Positions 35,034 to 48,260 of a stretch of 64,000 bases of DNA are shown here, piece after piece. A model generated the notes under the pieces. It saw nothing but the letters and a program-made list of their open reading frames with translations, was not told where the DNA came from and searched no databases. A program made the position numbers and the translations under genes. Source of the stretch: Malacoraja senta (lineage: Eukaryota); the NCBI GenBank assembly GCA_038087875.1, contig CM075994.1:10852001-10916000 (forward strand). The letters run 5' to 3'. Position 1 is the stretch's first letter; each line of letters starts with the position of its first letter.

Positions 35034-35287
35034 CTAGGAGAGGGACACCACATTTTAGGAGGCACGCACCACATTTTAGGAGGCACGCACCACATTTTAG
35101 GAGGCACGCACCACATTTTAGGAGGCACGCACCACATTTTAGGAGGCATGCACCGCATTTTAGGAGGCACGCACCGCATTTTAGGAGGCACGCACCACAT
35201 TTTAGGAGGCATGCACCACATTTTAGGAGGCACGCACCACATTTTAGGAGGCACACACCACATTTTAGGAGGCACATACCACATTTT
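35034..35287. repeat. 21-bp minisatellite (GCACGCACCACATTTTAGGAG)n, ~12 copies, abutting a minus-strand CR1 3' fragment (34790-35030)
   Basis: Direct tandem copies with few substitutions. Confidence 0.95.
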
Positions 35288-35342
35288 CTCCTTTGATAAT
35301 AATTTTATAGTAACTTGCATTTTGTGGACTGTTAAATAAATG

Positions 35343-35633
35343 TGGCACATGGGTGTAGCGGTAGAGCTACTGCCTTACTGCGCCAGAGACCTGGGTTCGA
35401 TCCTGACTATGTCCGTACAGAGTTTGTACCTTTTCCCCATGACCTGCGTGGGCTTTCTCCTAGATCTTCGGTTTCCTCCCACACTCCAAAGATGTACATG
35501 TTTGTAGGTTAGCTGGCTTGGTATAAATGTAAACATTTTACCTAGTGTGTTGATGTTCAGGGATTGCTGGTTTGTGCAGACTCAGTGGGGCGAAGGGCCT
35601 GTTTCTGTGCTGTATCTCTAAACTAAACTAAAC
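35343..35633 (+). mobile_element. HE1/V-SINE-like SINE
   Basis: B box GGGTTCGATCC, V core and (TAAAC)n tail. Confidence 0.85.
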
Positions 35634-35759
35634 TCTGCACAAGGAAGTCTATTGTGTTTGTGTGTGAAAGGTTTCAGATTTTCAGCAACTAAATTAAAAT
35701 CCTTTTTAATGTTCAAATTAATGCTGACAACACTCAACCAGATATTCTCTCTCTTTTGT

Positions 35760-36017
35760 AAGGCAAGGCAAGGCAAGTTTATTTCTATAGCACCTTTCAA
35801 CCACAAGGTAATTCAAAGTGCTTTACATAAAACATTTAAAGCATTTGAAAGAAACACATATAAAATGACATTTAGATATAAAATGATTATTAGATTATTC
35901 AGATAAAATAATTACAAAATTAAAAGCAATCAAATAAAATATTTTAAATAGAATAAAACCAGGAATAGATGTTACAGTGCAGTATAGGTAATTAATAAAT
36001 TGTATTGTTTTATTTAA
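35760..36017 (-). mobile_element. Isolated 3' UTR of L2 family B with (CCTTG)n tail
   Basis: Near-identical to 49509-49764. Confidence 0.88.
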
Positions 36018-36499
36018 ATCTTTTTATTTGAATTTCACAGCAATTTGCATTCATACTATAATAACAGACAGTGACAGTCAAGGCATAATTGTGCAACAGT
36101 ATGTAAGCGATCCTCAAAACCCTTACCCTTACCCACCTTCAACCCACCCAAGTCAGGTCAGAACCAAACGGGGAAAACAACACTCACATACGTACACGTC
36201 CACACACAAATGGTAAAATAAACGAAACAAAATGTGCTATAAAAAAGAAAAAGAAAAAAAGAAAAAATATATATATATTTAAATAAATAATTGTGGGGAG
36301 GAGGGGGATTAAGGGGAAAGCAGCTGCTGTAGAACAAAACAATGGTGGAGAACACTCAGACCTCTTCCGAGTTCGGGGACAAGTTAAGAGAGTTAACCAG
36401 TTCAAAGAAAGGGTTCCATGTATCTAGGAATGTCTTGGTAGAGCCTTTGAGAGAGAACCTACGTTTTTCGAGTTTCAAATTGTAAAGCACCTCCTTAAT

Positions 36500-39400
36500 T
36501 CAACGGGCGTGTGTCGGGGGAAAGGTGAGCCTCCAATTAAGCAAGATCAGTCTCCGGGCTAACAAGGTTGTAAAAGCTAGGACACGTTTCACCGCAACAG
36601 AGAGGTTGGTGTTGGGAGGGGTACCGAAAATGGCTGACATTGGGTTTGGAGGAATAGTCTGGTCGTAAGCTCTGCTTCTCAATTCGAAAGCACTCCTCCA
36701 AAAGGCTGCTAGCTTAGGGCAAGACCAAAACATATGGCTATGGTTGGCGGGAGATTGATTACATCTGTTGCAGGTGTCCCTAACAGCTGGGTACATTCTA
36801 GCTAATCTTGCATTTGTGTGGTGGACTTTGTAAAGGACTTTGCATTGGATTAGGCCATGACGGGCACATATGGAGGAAGAATGGATCAAATCCAAGGCAG
36901 AGTCCCATTGCTGGTCTGTTAGTTTCGTATTCAGCTCTCCCTCCCACGCATCTTTTAATGAGGTATGAGGTTTCAATAAAACCGACCCTAGCAAATTATA
37001 CAAAATAGAGATGCATTTCTTCCGGTTGGGATCTAAAGCTAAGATGGTATCAGTCGGGGTTTCAAGAGGGCGATTTGGGAAATAGGGGAATGTCTTCTTC
37101 ACAAAATCCCTAATCTGGAAAAACCGAAAAAGGTGAGAGTTTGGGAGGTTGTAGTTAGACGAGAGCTCCACGAAAGACGAAAAGATGCCATCCTTGTATA
37201 GGTTTTTGATACTACTGATACCGTTGCTATGCCAGGTTTTGAATGTGTGGTCTGTACTTGAAGGTTTAAAAATGTGATTTTTAAGCAGTGGGGTCAAGAT
37301 GGAAGGGCCTTGTAAACCGAGGTTTTTCCTGAATTGACGCCATATCTTGAGCGAAAGGGACGCAATTGGGCCTGCACCCACAGATGTTATAGGAAGGGGG
37401 AGTTGGGAGCATAGGACAGACCGCAACGGGAGACGTGAACTCGCCTTTTCCATGTATACCCAGGTTGGTAGGTGGTCGCAATCATCATTCATCCAATACA
37501 GGAGTTTTTGCAAGTTAGCTGCCCAATAGTATCGCCTAAAGTCAGGAAGTGCCAAACCGACATCACTCTTACGAGACTGCAGTATCGCCTTTCAGGATTC
37601 TAGCCGGTTTGCTACCCCATAAAAATTTAGATATTGTCCTTTCTAATTTATCAAAAAAAGATTTAGTGATAAGTATAGGGACGTGCTGGAAAAGATACAG
37701 GAATTTGGGTAGGATAACCATCTTAACCAGATTTATATGGCCCACGAGGGATAGCGGTAAAACTGACCAGCGGTCAAAATCTCTTTCGGCTTTCTCAACC
37801 AGAGGCAGAAAGTTTGTGCGGAACATATCAGATAAGGGTATTGTGATAAAAACGCCGAGATAGCGAAACCCATCCTCTGCCCATTTGAATGAGGTTAAAG
37901 AGCGAGGGAGCTGCTTAGCCAATGAGTTAATCGGTAATAGCTCACTCTTTTGGTAGTTAAGTTTATAACCAGAATACGCACCAAACCGTTCTAAAATATT
38001 CATAATCACAGGGAGAGAACTGACTGGGTTCGAGATGTACAGGAGCAGTTCGTCCGCATACAATGAGACTTTATGAGTTGTATCAAACCGTGTAATACCT
38101 TTAAAGCCCTTCTCTGCGCGTAACCAGACCGCCAGGGGTTCTATCGCGACATCAAACAGGAGTGGTGATAACGGGCAACCCTGTCTGGTACCTCTCTGAA
38201 GGGTGAAGTGGGGCGACAGTATGTCGTTTGTTTGTACTGAGGCCACCGGGGACAAGTATAATAGACTGACCCAGAGAATAAAACTGTTACCGAGGCCAAA
38301 CCTGTCCATCGCCTCATATAGGTACCTCCACTCGACCCTGTCGAAGGTTTTTTCGGCGTCGAGGGAGACCACTATCTCCGGGGTCTCACTACTCGAAGAG
38401 TGGATGATGTTAAGGAGACTAGTATTGTGGGAAGACTGTCGGCCTGGTATAAACCCTGTTTGATCTAACGAGATAATAGAGGGCATCACTCGTTGAAGAC
38501 GGAGCGCAAGGGTTTTAGAAAGGATTTTGAGGTCCACATTCAGGAGTGAGATTGGTCTATAGCTACTACAAAGCAGGGGATCTTTTTCCTTTTTAAGAAT
38601 TAGGGAGATAGTAGCCCACGACAAGGTGGGCGGTAGGCGACGATGTAAAAACGCCTCATTGTACATATCTCTCAGGACTGGTGCGAGGAGATCAGAGAAA
38701 GCTTTATAATATACTACAGAGAAGCCGTCAGGGCTGGGTGACTTTCCGCTTTGCAGCGATGTGATGGCTGCTTGGACCTCAGCTATAGTTATGGGACCGC
38801 CCAAGTCTCTCATGGCTTCATCGTCAATTCGGGGAAACGTCATACTACTGAACATGTCACCTGCAGTGGGAGGACAGTCAGAAGTGTATAGTTCAGTGTA
38901 GAATTTAACAAATGCTTCATTAATTCTAAGAGGATCAGTATGAATCTCCCCTAAGCTGGATCTAATGGCTGGAATTAGCCGTGAAGTCGCGTCTGTTCTG
39001 GCCTGATAGGCCAAAAGCTTCCCAGCTTTATCCCCAGATTCAAAAAAGTGTTGCCTAGATTTAAGCAGTCGTAGCTTGGCTTTATTAATGGACATGAGGT
39101 CAAAGTCTGTTTGTAGCCTAAGGCGTTCTCTATAGAGGTTAGGGTTTGGGTCAGATGCATATTTGTCATCAAAGTCCTTTATTTTTTGTAACAGATCTGC
39201 CGTTTGGAACGTCTCGGTTCTTTTCAGGTTGGAGACAAAAGAGATGAGTTGGCCCCTAATATAGGCTTTTGAAGCTTCCCAGAGTATACCTCTTTCTATG
39301 TCCGGCGACTCATTCAGCTCAAAATATAAGGTGTTTTGGGAGTGCAGGAATTGCATGTAGTGAGCCTCTGCTAGTAATGAGGAGTTGAACCTCCACTTAA

Positions 39401-40145
39401 AGGGGTTAGTTCGTTTACGAAAATGAAGATCGAGGGAGGTCGCAGCATGATCTGATATTACGATGCTATGGTACACACTGGATTTGATTTTGGAAAGCAG
39501 TCTGTTATCTAAGAGAAAGAAGTCTATACGAGTATAGGTACGATGTACGTGGGAAAAAAATGAAAATAATTTAGTCGTGGGGAATGTGAGTCTCCATGGG
39601 TCTGTGAGCCCCAGTTGTTTGGCAAGAACATGCAGAGTCTTACCTGATTTAGTTAAAGTAGAGGCTTTGTTCGAAGATCTATCCAGTATAGGGTCTTGGA
39701 CCAGATTAAAATCTCCACCCACAATGACATGGTGATTTTCAATATTTGGGAGAGATGTAAAAAATTTGGTTATAAATGAGCTGTCATCCCAATTGGGTCC
39801 ATAAATGCTGGCCAATATGACAGGTGTGTCTTGCAGTTTTACCGACACCATGACAAAGCGACCAGCAGGATCTTCCACAATTTTCTGTGGTTCGAACATA
39901 ATGTTCTTACGAATCAGGATAGCAGTGCCCCTAGCCCTATTATTAAATTTCGAGTGAAATAATTGACTAATCCAGCCTCTCTTAAGCCGTGTTACCTCTC
40001 TGTTGCGAAGGTGGGTCTCTTGAATAAAGAATATATCGCCTTTGAGCTGTTGCAAATGGGCCAAGATCCTAACAGTTTTAGTAGGACTTCCCATCCCTCT
40101 CACGTTCCACGAGACAAATCTAAGAGTGTCGTTTGTGTCGGCCAT
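36500..40145 (-). pseudogene. L1 ORF2 (APE, RT, C-terminal zinc knuckle), frameshift near 37560
   Basis: SWNVRG, QETH, GGDFN, SDH, YRPISLLN, RGTRQGCPLSP, LYADE (YADD mutated), CNRC..HMFWSC. Confidence 0.9.
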
Positions 40146-42009
40146 ACTTAGCTATATCCAAGCGAATGGGTAGTGCGCTGTACTGCAAAACGAGACGGAA
40201 GAGCGCATCGAAGCCAGCTGCCGAGAGTGGGGATGTGGAGGGGGGGGGGGGGGAGGAGTAATTAAAAAAAGAAAAATATATATAAAACAAAATAAAATGA
40301 AAAAAAAAAACGTACACACACAACAAACAAGTGAAACACATATCATTTAACCATCTTTCAAACCTGAGTCTCCGGACCTGAGATCCCCCATGTCTCAACT
40401 GAACCTTGAGTGCCCATTGCACCAAGGTGCGTTGTCCTCGCATCCGCATGGAGATATCCGATCTTAACTCCCAATATTTCCACCTCCCAAAGCGACAGAA
40501 TCACTCAGTGTCCATAAGGTAACATAAAATAAAATAAGTATAGTAATAGTAATAATGACAATGGTAATAATAATTTGAAAAATAGAAAGTAGAAATAAAG
40601 TAAGATAAACATACATAGATAAATATAAAGTTAAAATAATAGCCATAGTAGTTGCACTGCCAATACCATTGCTAACACTAATGGTAATGATAGTAATGAT
40701 GATAGTCATAATAAGACAAAGCAAATTAACAAAATGGTGATACTAAATAATAATAATAATAACTTTATTTATAGAGCACTTTAAAAACAACCACAGTTGC
40801 AACAAAGTGCTGTACATGACTAATCATGGACAAGAAATTATTACATAACAATAAAAACATTAAACAAAAGAGTAAAAACAATAAAATTAAAAACATTAAA
40901 AGCACTTAAAACAGGAGCAAAGTCTCAAGCAGTGTCAAAAGCCAAGGAATATAAATGTGTTTTAATACTGGTTTTGAAGATGGACAGTGAGGGGGCCTGT
41001 CTGATGTGCAACGGCAGGGTGTTCCAGAGTGCCGGAGCAGCAACAGAGAAGGCTCTATCCCCTCTGAGCTTCCGCTTAGACCTCGGTACCTCCAGGAGCA
41101 GCTGATCAGCTGACCTGAGGCACCGGGCAGGAGCGTATGGGTGGAGCAGTTCAGAGAGGTAAGGCGGGCGAGCCCATTTAGAGATTTAAAAGCAAATAAA
41201 AGAATTTTAAAATGAACTCGAAAGTGCACTGGGAGCCAGTGGAGGGAGGCCAGAATTGCCGTTATGTGCTCCCTCTTTCGAGTTCCAGTTAAAAGGCGAG
41301 CAGCAGCATTTTGAACCAACTGGAGACGAGCCAGTGAAGATCGTGCAACTCCAAAATAGAGTGCGTTACAGTAATCCAGCCTAGATGTAATAAAGGCATT
41401 GATTACTGTTTCAAAATGCTGCCGCTCGAGAATGGGCTTCACCTTTGCCAGCTTCCTTAGGTGAAAGAAGCTGGACTTAACCACCGTGCCCATTTGATGA
41501 TCTAATAGTAAGATTAAACGAGAACTTACCAGTTTGAAGTTTGATCTTTATTTTATGAGGAGTAACGTTGAGGGATTACGTGAAGAAGACCCCGTCCAGC
41601 GGCACACGCGTCAATCTTTCAAAGCAGCGGAGTGACAATCACAGACGATAATTACTGAAGTATGATAGTAAGATGCATAAAGACTTAGAACTACCAGCTT
41701 GATCCTTTTATGAGGGTGGAAGCGGAGGGCACGTAATCCCTCAATGTTACTCCTCATAAAATAAAGATCAAACTTCAAACTGGTAAGTTCCCGTTTAATC
41801 TTACTATTTTACTTCGGAGTCACGTGAGTGACTACGTGAAGATTTCAAAGCTCTGTGATTTCACACCGTGGATTCAAATCCAGGTGTTCACTGCATCGAT
41901 TGACTCTATTTGAGTAAGCACAATCAACAATGCATAACCACAACATTTGAATGTAATCAGTTAATGGTTTTATTTATTTTAATAAAAGTAACAAAATTAG
42001 GCCCATTTA

Positions 42010-42997
42010 TTATAATGGGGGATTTAATACTGTATCCAGCACGGCATCACCAAACACTCTGAGATCTTTAATCTCCTTATGGTAATACTTGTGAAACATC
42101 TGTTCACTTGCCCGTCCTGCGGCCGCGAGAATAAGGTCTATTGTCTGAATCCCTGGCCGCTGATGTTGATGCCGCCCTGGTGGAATGAGATTTAAATTTA
42201 TCAGTATCAATACCTGAATATCTCAACACCTGTTTCAACCATCGTGAAATTGTTTGTGTTGACACTTTCTTATGAGGCTTTTTATGACTAATAAAAAATG
42301 CCAATTCGGTGCCTCTTAAAACTTTTGTTGTTTCTATGTAACATTTCACATATGTTACCACACACAGTCGTGGATCTGTAGGATATGCTAAAAATTCCAA
42401 CTTGCATCCTGTGAACTCAGGTCTACTTTGCTTCAGTAAATCATAGACATAGAATGTCACGGCATTTGGCCCTACTTTCATTCTATCAATTCTGAGTTTC
42501 TGTAATGTTTGACTCTCTGCGCTGAAACTAATGCCATGAGCATAACCAATTTCATGGTGATTTTGGATAATGACAGTTTCAACTGGATTCCAATTCCTTA
42601 GCAACATCAGTACATCTTTTACATTCCAAATTTCTGTATACCTGGGTCTGGGAGGATTATAGTTGAAAATTCCTTTCATAAACCTACAGACCCAAGGATG
42701 TGCTCCTATTGGAGTTTGTTCTGATTCACTGCTTAAATATGCAGAGAGTGCACTTCGTGCAGTATTAATTGCACTATAACTTAATTTCAATTCATAGTGT
42801 AGAGTTGAAAGAAACTCTATTACATCTGAAATTTCTGCTGTGTTATATGCAATATTCTTTCCTGAACAAAACACCTCCCATTTCTTTATATAGGAAATGT
42901 ACTGCTTCTGGGTACTATTCCTCCTGGCTGCTGTCATAACATCCACCGTACGGTCTGATAATCCTTTTCCAAGATATGGCCTTCTTAGAATCTGCAA
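42010..42997 (-). pseudogene. DIRS tyrosine recombinase, frameshifted
   Basis: SAINTARSALS, LCVVTYVKCY, TISRWLK, FKSHSTRAASTS, AAGR..F.KYY. Confidence 0.88.
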
Positions 42998-44990
42998 ATC
43001 AACAAACCAATACGATTATGTAAAGGATGTGATTCATTAGTCACAGGGTGTACAAGCAGTTTAATCTGCTTTGGAATAACCATAAGGGTTTTTTTGATCA
43101 TTTTTAACACCAGTGGGTACCATACCTGTGTAGGCCAATCTGGTACTACCAAAATCCCTGAGGCTGAATCTTGTTTAATTTTCTGTATGCATTTGTGGAT
43201 TAAACAAAATGGTGGAAAAGCATACAGAAAAATACCACCCCAATGTAGCGAGAAAGCATCCACTGCTACTGCACCAGGATCAGGTTCCCACGACACATAC
43301 TTAGGCAATTGGTGGTTCAGTCTTGATGCAAATAAATCAATCTCTGGCATTCCAAATTATGTTATAATTTGTGTAAATATTTCCTGATTTAACATCCATT
43401 CTGTATTATTAAATTTACGTGATCTTTTGTCTGCAATTGTGTTAAATTTTCCTGGTAAATATATTGCTGACAGCCAAATTTTTCTGGCAATACACCAGGT
43501 CCAAATTTCATTTGCCAATCTATCACATGATTCTGATTTGATACCACCCATGTGATTTATGTATGCTACAGCTGTAGTATTGTCAACCTGTACCTAAACA
43601 TGCACACTTCCCATATTAATGCAATAAGCTTTAAGGCCATGAAATGCTCCTAATAGCTCTAGCTAATTGATCCCCTGTTTTTCCAGCAAAGGTACTTCAT
43701 TCACATTCCACCTACCTCCACAGCTGGAAATCATGTTAGTAGCGCCCCATCCAAGAGCACTTGCATCAGTCTGTAGAGTGACGGATGGTATTTCTACCAG
43801 AACCTTTCTTGAAGCATTAGAGACTTTGTTAATCCACCATTCTATTTCAGTAATGGATCCAGTTGTTAATTTCATGGGCCGGTCAAAATGCCCTGTATTT
43901 ATTTTTAAGGCTTGTACCTTAGCCCTCTGTAAACATTGATAATGCAATGGTCCAAATGTGACAGCTGGAAACGCAGCAATTAATTTGCCCAGCAAAAGCT
44001 TGCCACTTCTCTAATTGAAGGTGTGTCCTCGTTTATGAGTTTGATGCAACCTTCAATTAACTGCAGCCTTTTCTCTTTTGGCAAAGTGATTACCATGTGT
44101 TCCGAGTTGATTGTGAACCCTAGGTAATGAATTTTCTTGCTTGGTAACAATTTTGATTTTTGTAGGTGAATAATGAAACCCATTTTCTCAAAAATGAACT
44201 TGACCCTGGATACTGATAATTTTGCAGCAGCCAAAGTGTCCCCTACAATCAAAATATCGTCCAAATAAGCCATTAGTACATGGCCCTCAGCTCTTAGAAG
44301 AGCTAAAATTGGTTTGAGTAATTTAGTGAATAATCTTGGTGCTGAAGTCAGGCCATTGGGCAATGCTTTAAATTGCCACAACTGACTCGTCCATCTAAAT
44401 TTCAAATACCTTTGATCATTACGATGCATTGCCACAGAGTAATATGCATCTTGCAGATCTATGCTCGCCATGTAGTAATTTTTTATGATCAGCTGAATGG
44501 CATTAGTAAATGTTTCCATTTTGAAATGTTTGTATTGTACATAAAGGTTAAGATTTGTCAGATCCAAAATGATTCTACATCCACCATCCTTTTTTGTTCT
44601 AGGAAAAATATTTGATACAAATTGATGGTGTTGTTCTACTGACTTCTCTATTACCCCCTTATTGGTTAAAGTTTCTAATTCTCCTTTGATCAACGTATTC
44701 TCTTCTTTTGAGAAAATCCGTGACCAGCTTGAATTTTGCTGCCTTGGAGGATCCAAGTGTGAATAGAACTCAATTTTGAATCCTACAATGCTGTTTAGAA
44801 TAAATGAATCATTTGTTATTAACTGCCATTCTTTTAGGAAGAATCGTAACCTTCCCCCTATTTGTGAATGTGAAACATTTGTATTCCTTACCAGACCAGG
44901 ACCCCCTACCTCGGGTTTGCCTCCGGCAATTGTTGTCCCCTTCTGGTAGGCACATTGTAACCTCCACGTATCCCCGGTGCAGCACGCCAA
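42985..44990 (-). pseudogene. DIRS RT-RNase H-N6-adenine methyltransferase-like ORF, frameshifted
   Basis: IGGRLRFF, HFKMET, IDLQDAY, AYLDDIL, TDASALGWGA, IDLFASRLN, DAFSLHW, YAFPPF. Confidence 0.9.
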
Positions 44991-45184
44991 CGTGTATACG
45001 AGAATGATCGGCTTGTTCCTTCTCCAGCACCATCATTCCGCCTGTAGGGATACTGCCTTCGCACCGCTCTGCTCAGCATTGGTGGTCGCATCATCATACC
45101 ACTCAGGTTTTTTGACTCTTCATTCAAGTCCTTTAGTTTCTTTGCTAGATTTTCTCCAAACAGCAGATTAGGCATTTGTATGTT

Positions 45185-45969
45185 TTAGATAGATTTTAGA
45201 TATTTATTTGTTGTCGTTTGAACCTAAGTTCAAACGAAATTCTGTTTCTGCAGTCATACAAACAATTAAAAAAGACACAACACAATTTACACAAACATCC
45301 ATCACAGTGAGTCTCCTCCTCACTGTGATGGAAGGCAAAGTCTTATCTCACCCCTGCACTCCATTCTCCTCCCGATGTCAGAGTCAAAGCCCCCGGCGGG
45401 CAACTGTAAACATATCCCGCGGCCACCAAAGCCGCGCTGGGCGATGCCAGACCCCGCTCCGGGTCTTGATGTTGTAGCCCCCGGTAGCGCCAGCAAGTCT
45501 CACGGCCACCAATGCCGCACCAGGCGATGCCAGACGCCGCTCCAGGTCATCTTCAACCCCGCAACTCGGGCGGGAGTAGCTGCCGTTGCGGGAGCTCCGA
45601 AAAGCGGTCTCCCACCATGGACCCGCGGGCTCCCGATGTTACCGTCCACCAGTCCCGCGGCTGAAGCTTCCGAATCTCCGGGGTCGGGTCGCAGCCGCGC
45701 GCCACCACAGCCCCTCCCGCTCCGAAGTCGGCCAGCTCCACGATGGTGAGAAGTCCGCAGGCTCCGCGACTGGAGCCCCAGGTCGTTCCGGTTGGAGGCC
45801 GCTCCACGGTGCTAGGCCCCAACGACAACGGAGACCCGACAGAGAAAGGTCGGTTCTCCCGTGCAGGGAAAAGATTTTAAAAGTTTCCCCCTCCCTACCC
45901 CCCGCTGACCCACACATACCCCGTTAAAAAAAAACCCCACTAAAAACAAAACTCAAACGAAACAAAAAA
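45185..45969 (-). mobile_element. ~790-bp GC-rich non-autonomous retroposon-like insertion in DIRS gag
   Basis: Absent from the second DIRS copy, which reads ..CTGCAAACCATGCAATATACAAATGCC. ATGTT is present on both flanks (45180-45184, 45970-45974). Minus-strand AATAAA is followed by a (TCTA)-like tail. Confidence 0.7.
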
Positions 45970-48260
45970 ATGTTGGTTGGTTTGCAGAGCCCTGCATACT
46001 TAGGATGAATATTTGGTCTTATTGCATTTTTACGAATACAATTTATTATAAAATGCGCACCACACATCAGTGCTAAAGCATCTTGTTGTGAATCTGATAC
46101 AAACTCATCATCCAATCCTCTGGCAAATGCCGTGATGCCTGACCCCAGCAATTTCAATACATGTTGCAATTTCAATTCTTGTGAGCGTAGACCAATGCTC
46201 AAATAACCCCATATCAAGTTATTCACTGTTGGAACTGTGAGCAATTCACAATTCTCCGGGGCTCATACTGTTTCATAGTCTCATCCATAGTTACTTCCTG
46301 GAGCTGATGGGAGAGTAAATAATTTATAGTCATTGCTATTTCATCCCTCAAAGGTTCCCCTTTTATTCTAGGAACAGCAAACTTTTGTGCTAGTCCAGGA
46401 ACTTTCAGCTCTGATAACAGGCTCTCATCCTCATAGAATTCATCTTCTGAGTCTAGATGTTCGTCTTCAGGTTGAGTAACTTCAGGATCCCCTAGTTCAG
46501 GTAAATCTATGCCAGTATCTCCTTACGTAAGCTCTGCTGTAGGCCCACGGGTAGGCAGCTCTGTTCCAGGTGCTGCTGGCGCTGGCTCCATTCTAGGCCA
46601 ACGCTTCATAATTTTCCCTTTAGGAACTTTCAGTGCTGGCACATAAGTACGTGAGTACTGTCTTTTTTTAGACATTTCTGGTACTGGCTCTTCAGTAGGC
46701 CAGCACATATACTGCCTTTTTTCAGGCATTTCGGGCACTGGCTCTTCTGTAGGCCAACCACTGTAATAACTTTGCACAGTCATTTCTGATGGCTCTCCTG
46801 TAGGCCACCCTTGTGCTTGTCCCAACCAAGGCACACCCTGTGCTGTATCCTCCATTGGCCAACACCGACCTGCTTCCTCCTTCCTTCTTTGTAAATCATT
46901 TTCCCCATCAGGAGCTCTAAACTGGCGACCCTTGCAGCCATAACATTTTCTGCTGCAGGAGGGTATACCTCCGGGTCTGACTCATCCGAGTCTACAGGTC
47001 GGGCCGACTTTTGTCCTGCCTTGCGCCCCGCCGCCGGCGGTTTAACGGCACATTCGACCGTAACGGGAGTAGATGGCTTCGATGCCACTGCCTACTCTTC
47101 CTGACGCCTGCTACCCTTAGCATCGGGGGTTTTACCTGCGGTGCGTCCCTGGCCTCTCCTTCCTCTACGCCCTTTCTCCATTCTGAGTTGTGTGGACTCT
47201 GCCAACACGTCTGAGCGGGAAGAAAAGCGCCCTGTAAGTGAAAACGAAACCACTTACCTTATCCAATTTTACTTTAAATTTACATTTACTCACCGTCTGG
47301 AGGAGCTCCTGCTCCTCCACACACGGTCATGAACGCTATGCGTCTGATCGATAATGACGCGTGTGCGGCTGGACGGGGTCTTCTTCACGTAGTCACTCAC
47401 GTGACTCCGAAGTAAAATTTAAAATCACTGTCCATCCTAAAACCTAGGTTCAAAACTGTTGGCTTCACGTACCGTGCCAGTGGACCCAAGTCAACAAGGG
47501 GAGGTTCACGGCAGCCATTGGGGCCAAACAATATCACCTCTGTCTTCTTTTCATTAAATCCTAGAAAGTTTAGGGCCATCCAGGACTTAATGTCCTCAAG
47601 ACATGACAGAAGTGATTTGACAGAAAAGGCAGGTTAACGTATAAGCCTGGAGTTAAGTGGAGCCAGAATAGCTTCCTTTGGTGTTACATAGTATGTCTTA
47701 AAATCGACAAAGTATAAAGAGAGAGTTAGCGTTGGAAAAATTAGCAAATTACAAACTGGGCTCTCGGATTAAAGCGCAGGGCAAAAGAACATCAATTAAG
47801 TATTGTTAAACAAAAAAGCTATAAAATAAGATTGGTATAACACAGCCTTGGCGGTAATGAGCTCTTATCAGCCCCAGACAGTCCATTAGGAAGACTAGTG
47901 TAAACAAACTAGCCGAGTGCTGACAGCGTTAGCGGCCAGCTGCTAAGAACAAGAAGGCAGAGACCAAATCACGAACCACAAAGTGGGTCCCTTAAGCCCA
48001 GTTTTATAGCATGTGCTGATGAAGGGCCTTTCAAGTATGATTACACATAGACAATGTAAGGAAAAGTTGGTATAAGATATTCACGAATCATGGTGATTTC
48101 TTACCAGCCTCATACATTTCGAAACAGGGGTCTAGTATAATCAGCAATGCTGAACGCTAGCAATAGCTAGTTGTTAGGAACAGTCAAGCTAAAATTAGTC
48201 CATGTAACCGTAGATTAACCGGGCCCCTGTGTCACTCGGATATAGACGTACTGAACGAAG

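Larger units (their letters stand above)
41504..47418 (-). mobile_element. DIRS1-like tyrosine-recombinase retrotransposon with complete ends (ITRs and ICR); ORFs disrupted
   Basis: ITR 41577-41613 is inverted to 47356-47392. ICR 41730-41841 is complementary to both termini. Gag, RT, RNase H, MTase and YR remnants are present. Confidence 0.93.
40746..47630 (-). mobile_element. 5'-truncated L2 family A copy, split by DIRS (40746-41506 and 47416-47630)
   Basis: (ATT)n tail at 40746. The peptide matches the C-terminus of the 27431 ORF on both sides of the DIRS (MALNFLG..MDSDFK | ..VVKSSFFHLRKL). Confidence 0.92.

Noticed and set aside
34871..35350. ORFs with PPKMWCV / HILGGTH heptad repeats
   Set aside because: These are translations of a 21-bp minisatellite that is open in several frames and fused to a CR1 fragment.
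42985..43350. Adenine methyltransferase next to an integrase-like ORF, suggesting phage or bacterial DNA
   Set aside because: These are standard DIRS1 MTase and tyrosine recombinase domains inside ITR/ICR-bounded ends.
45375..45927. Several 90-125-aa ORFs in the GC-rich insertion
   Set aside because: No domain motifs; open on both strands because of high GC content.
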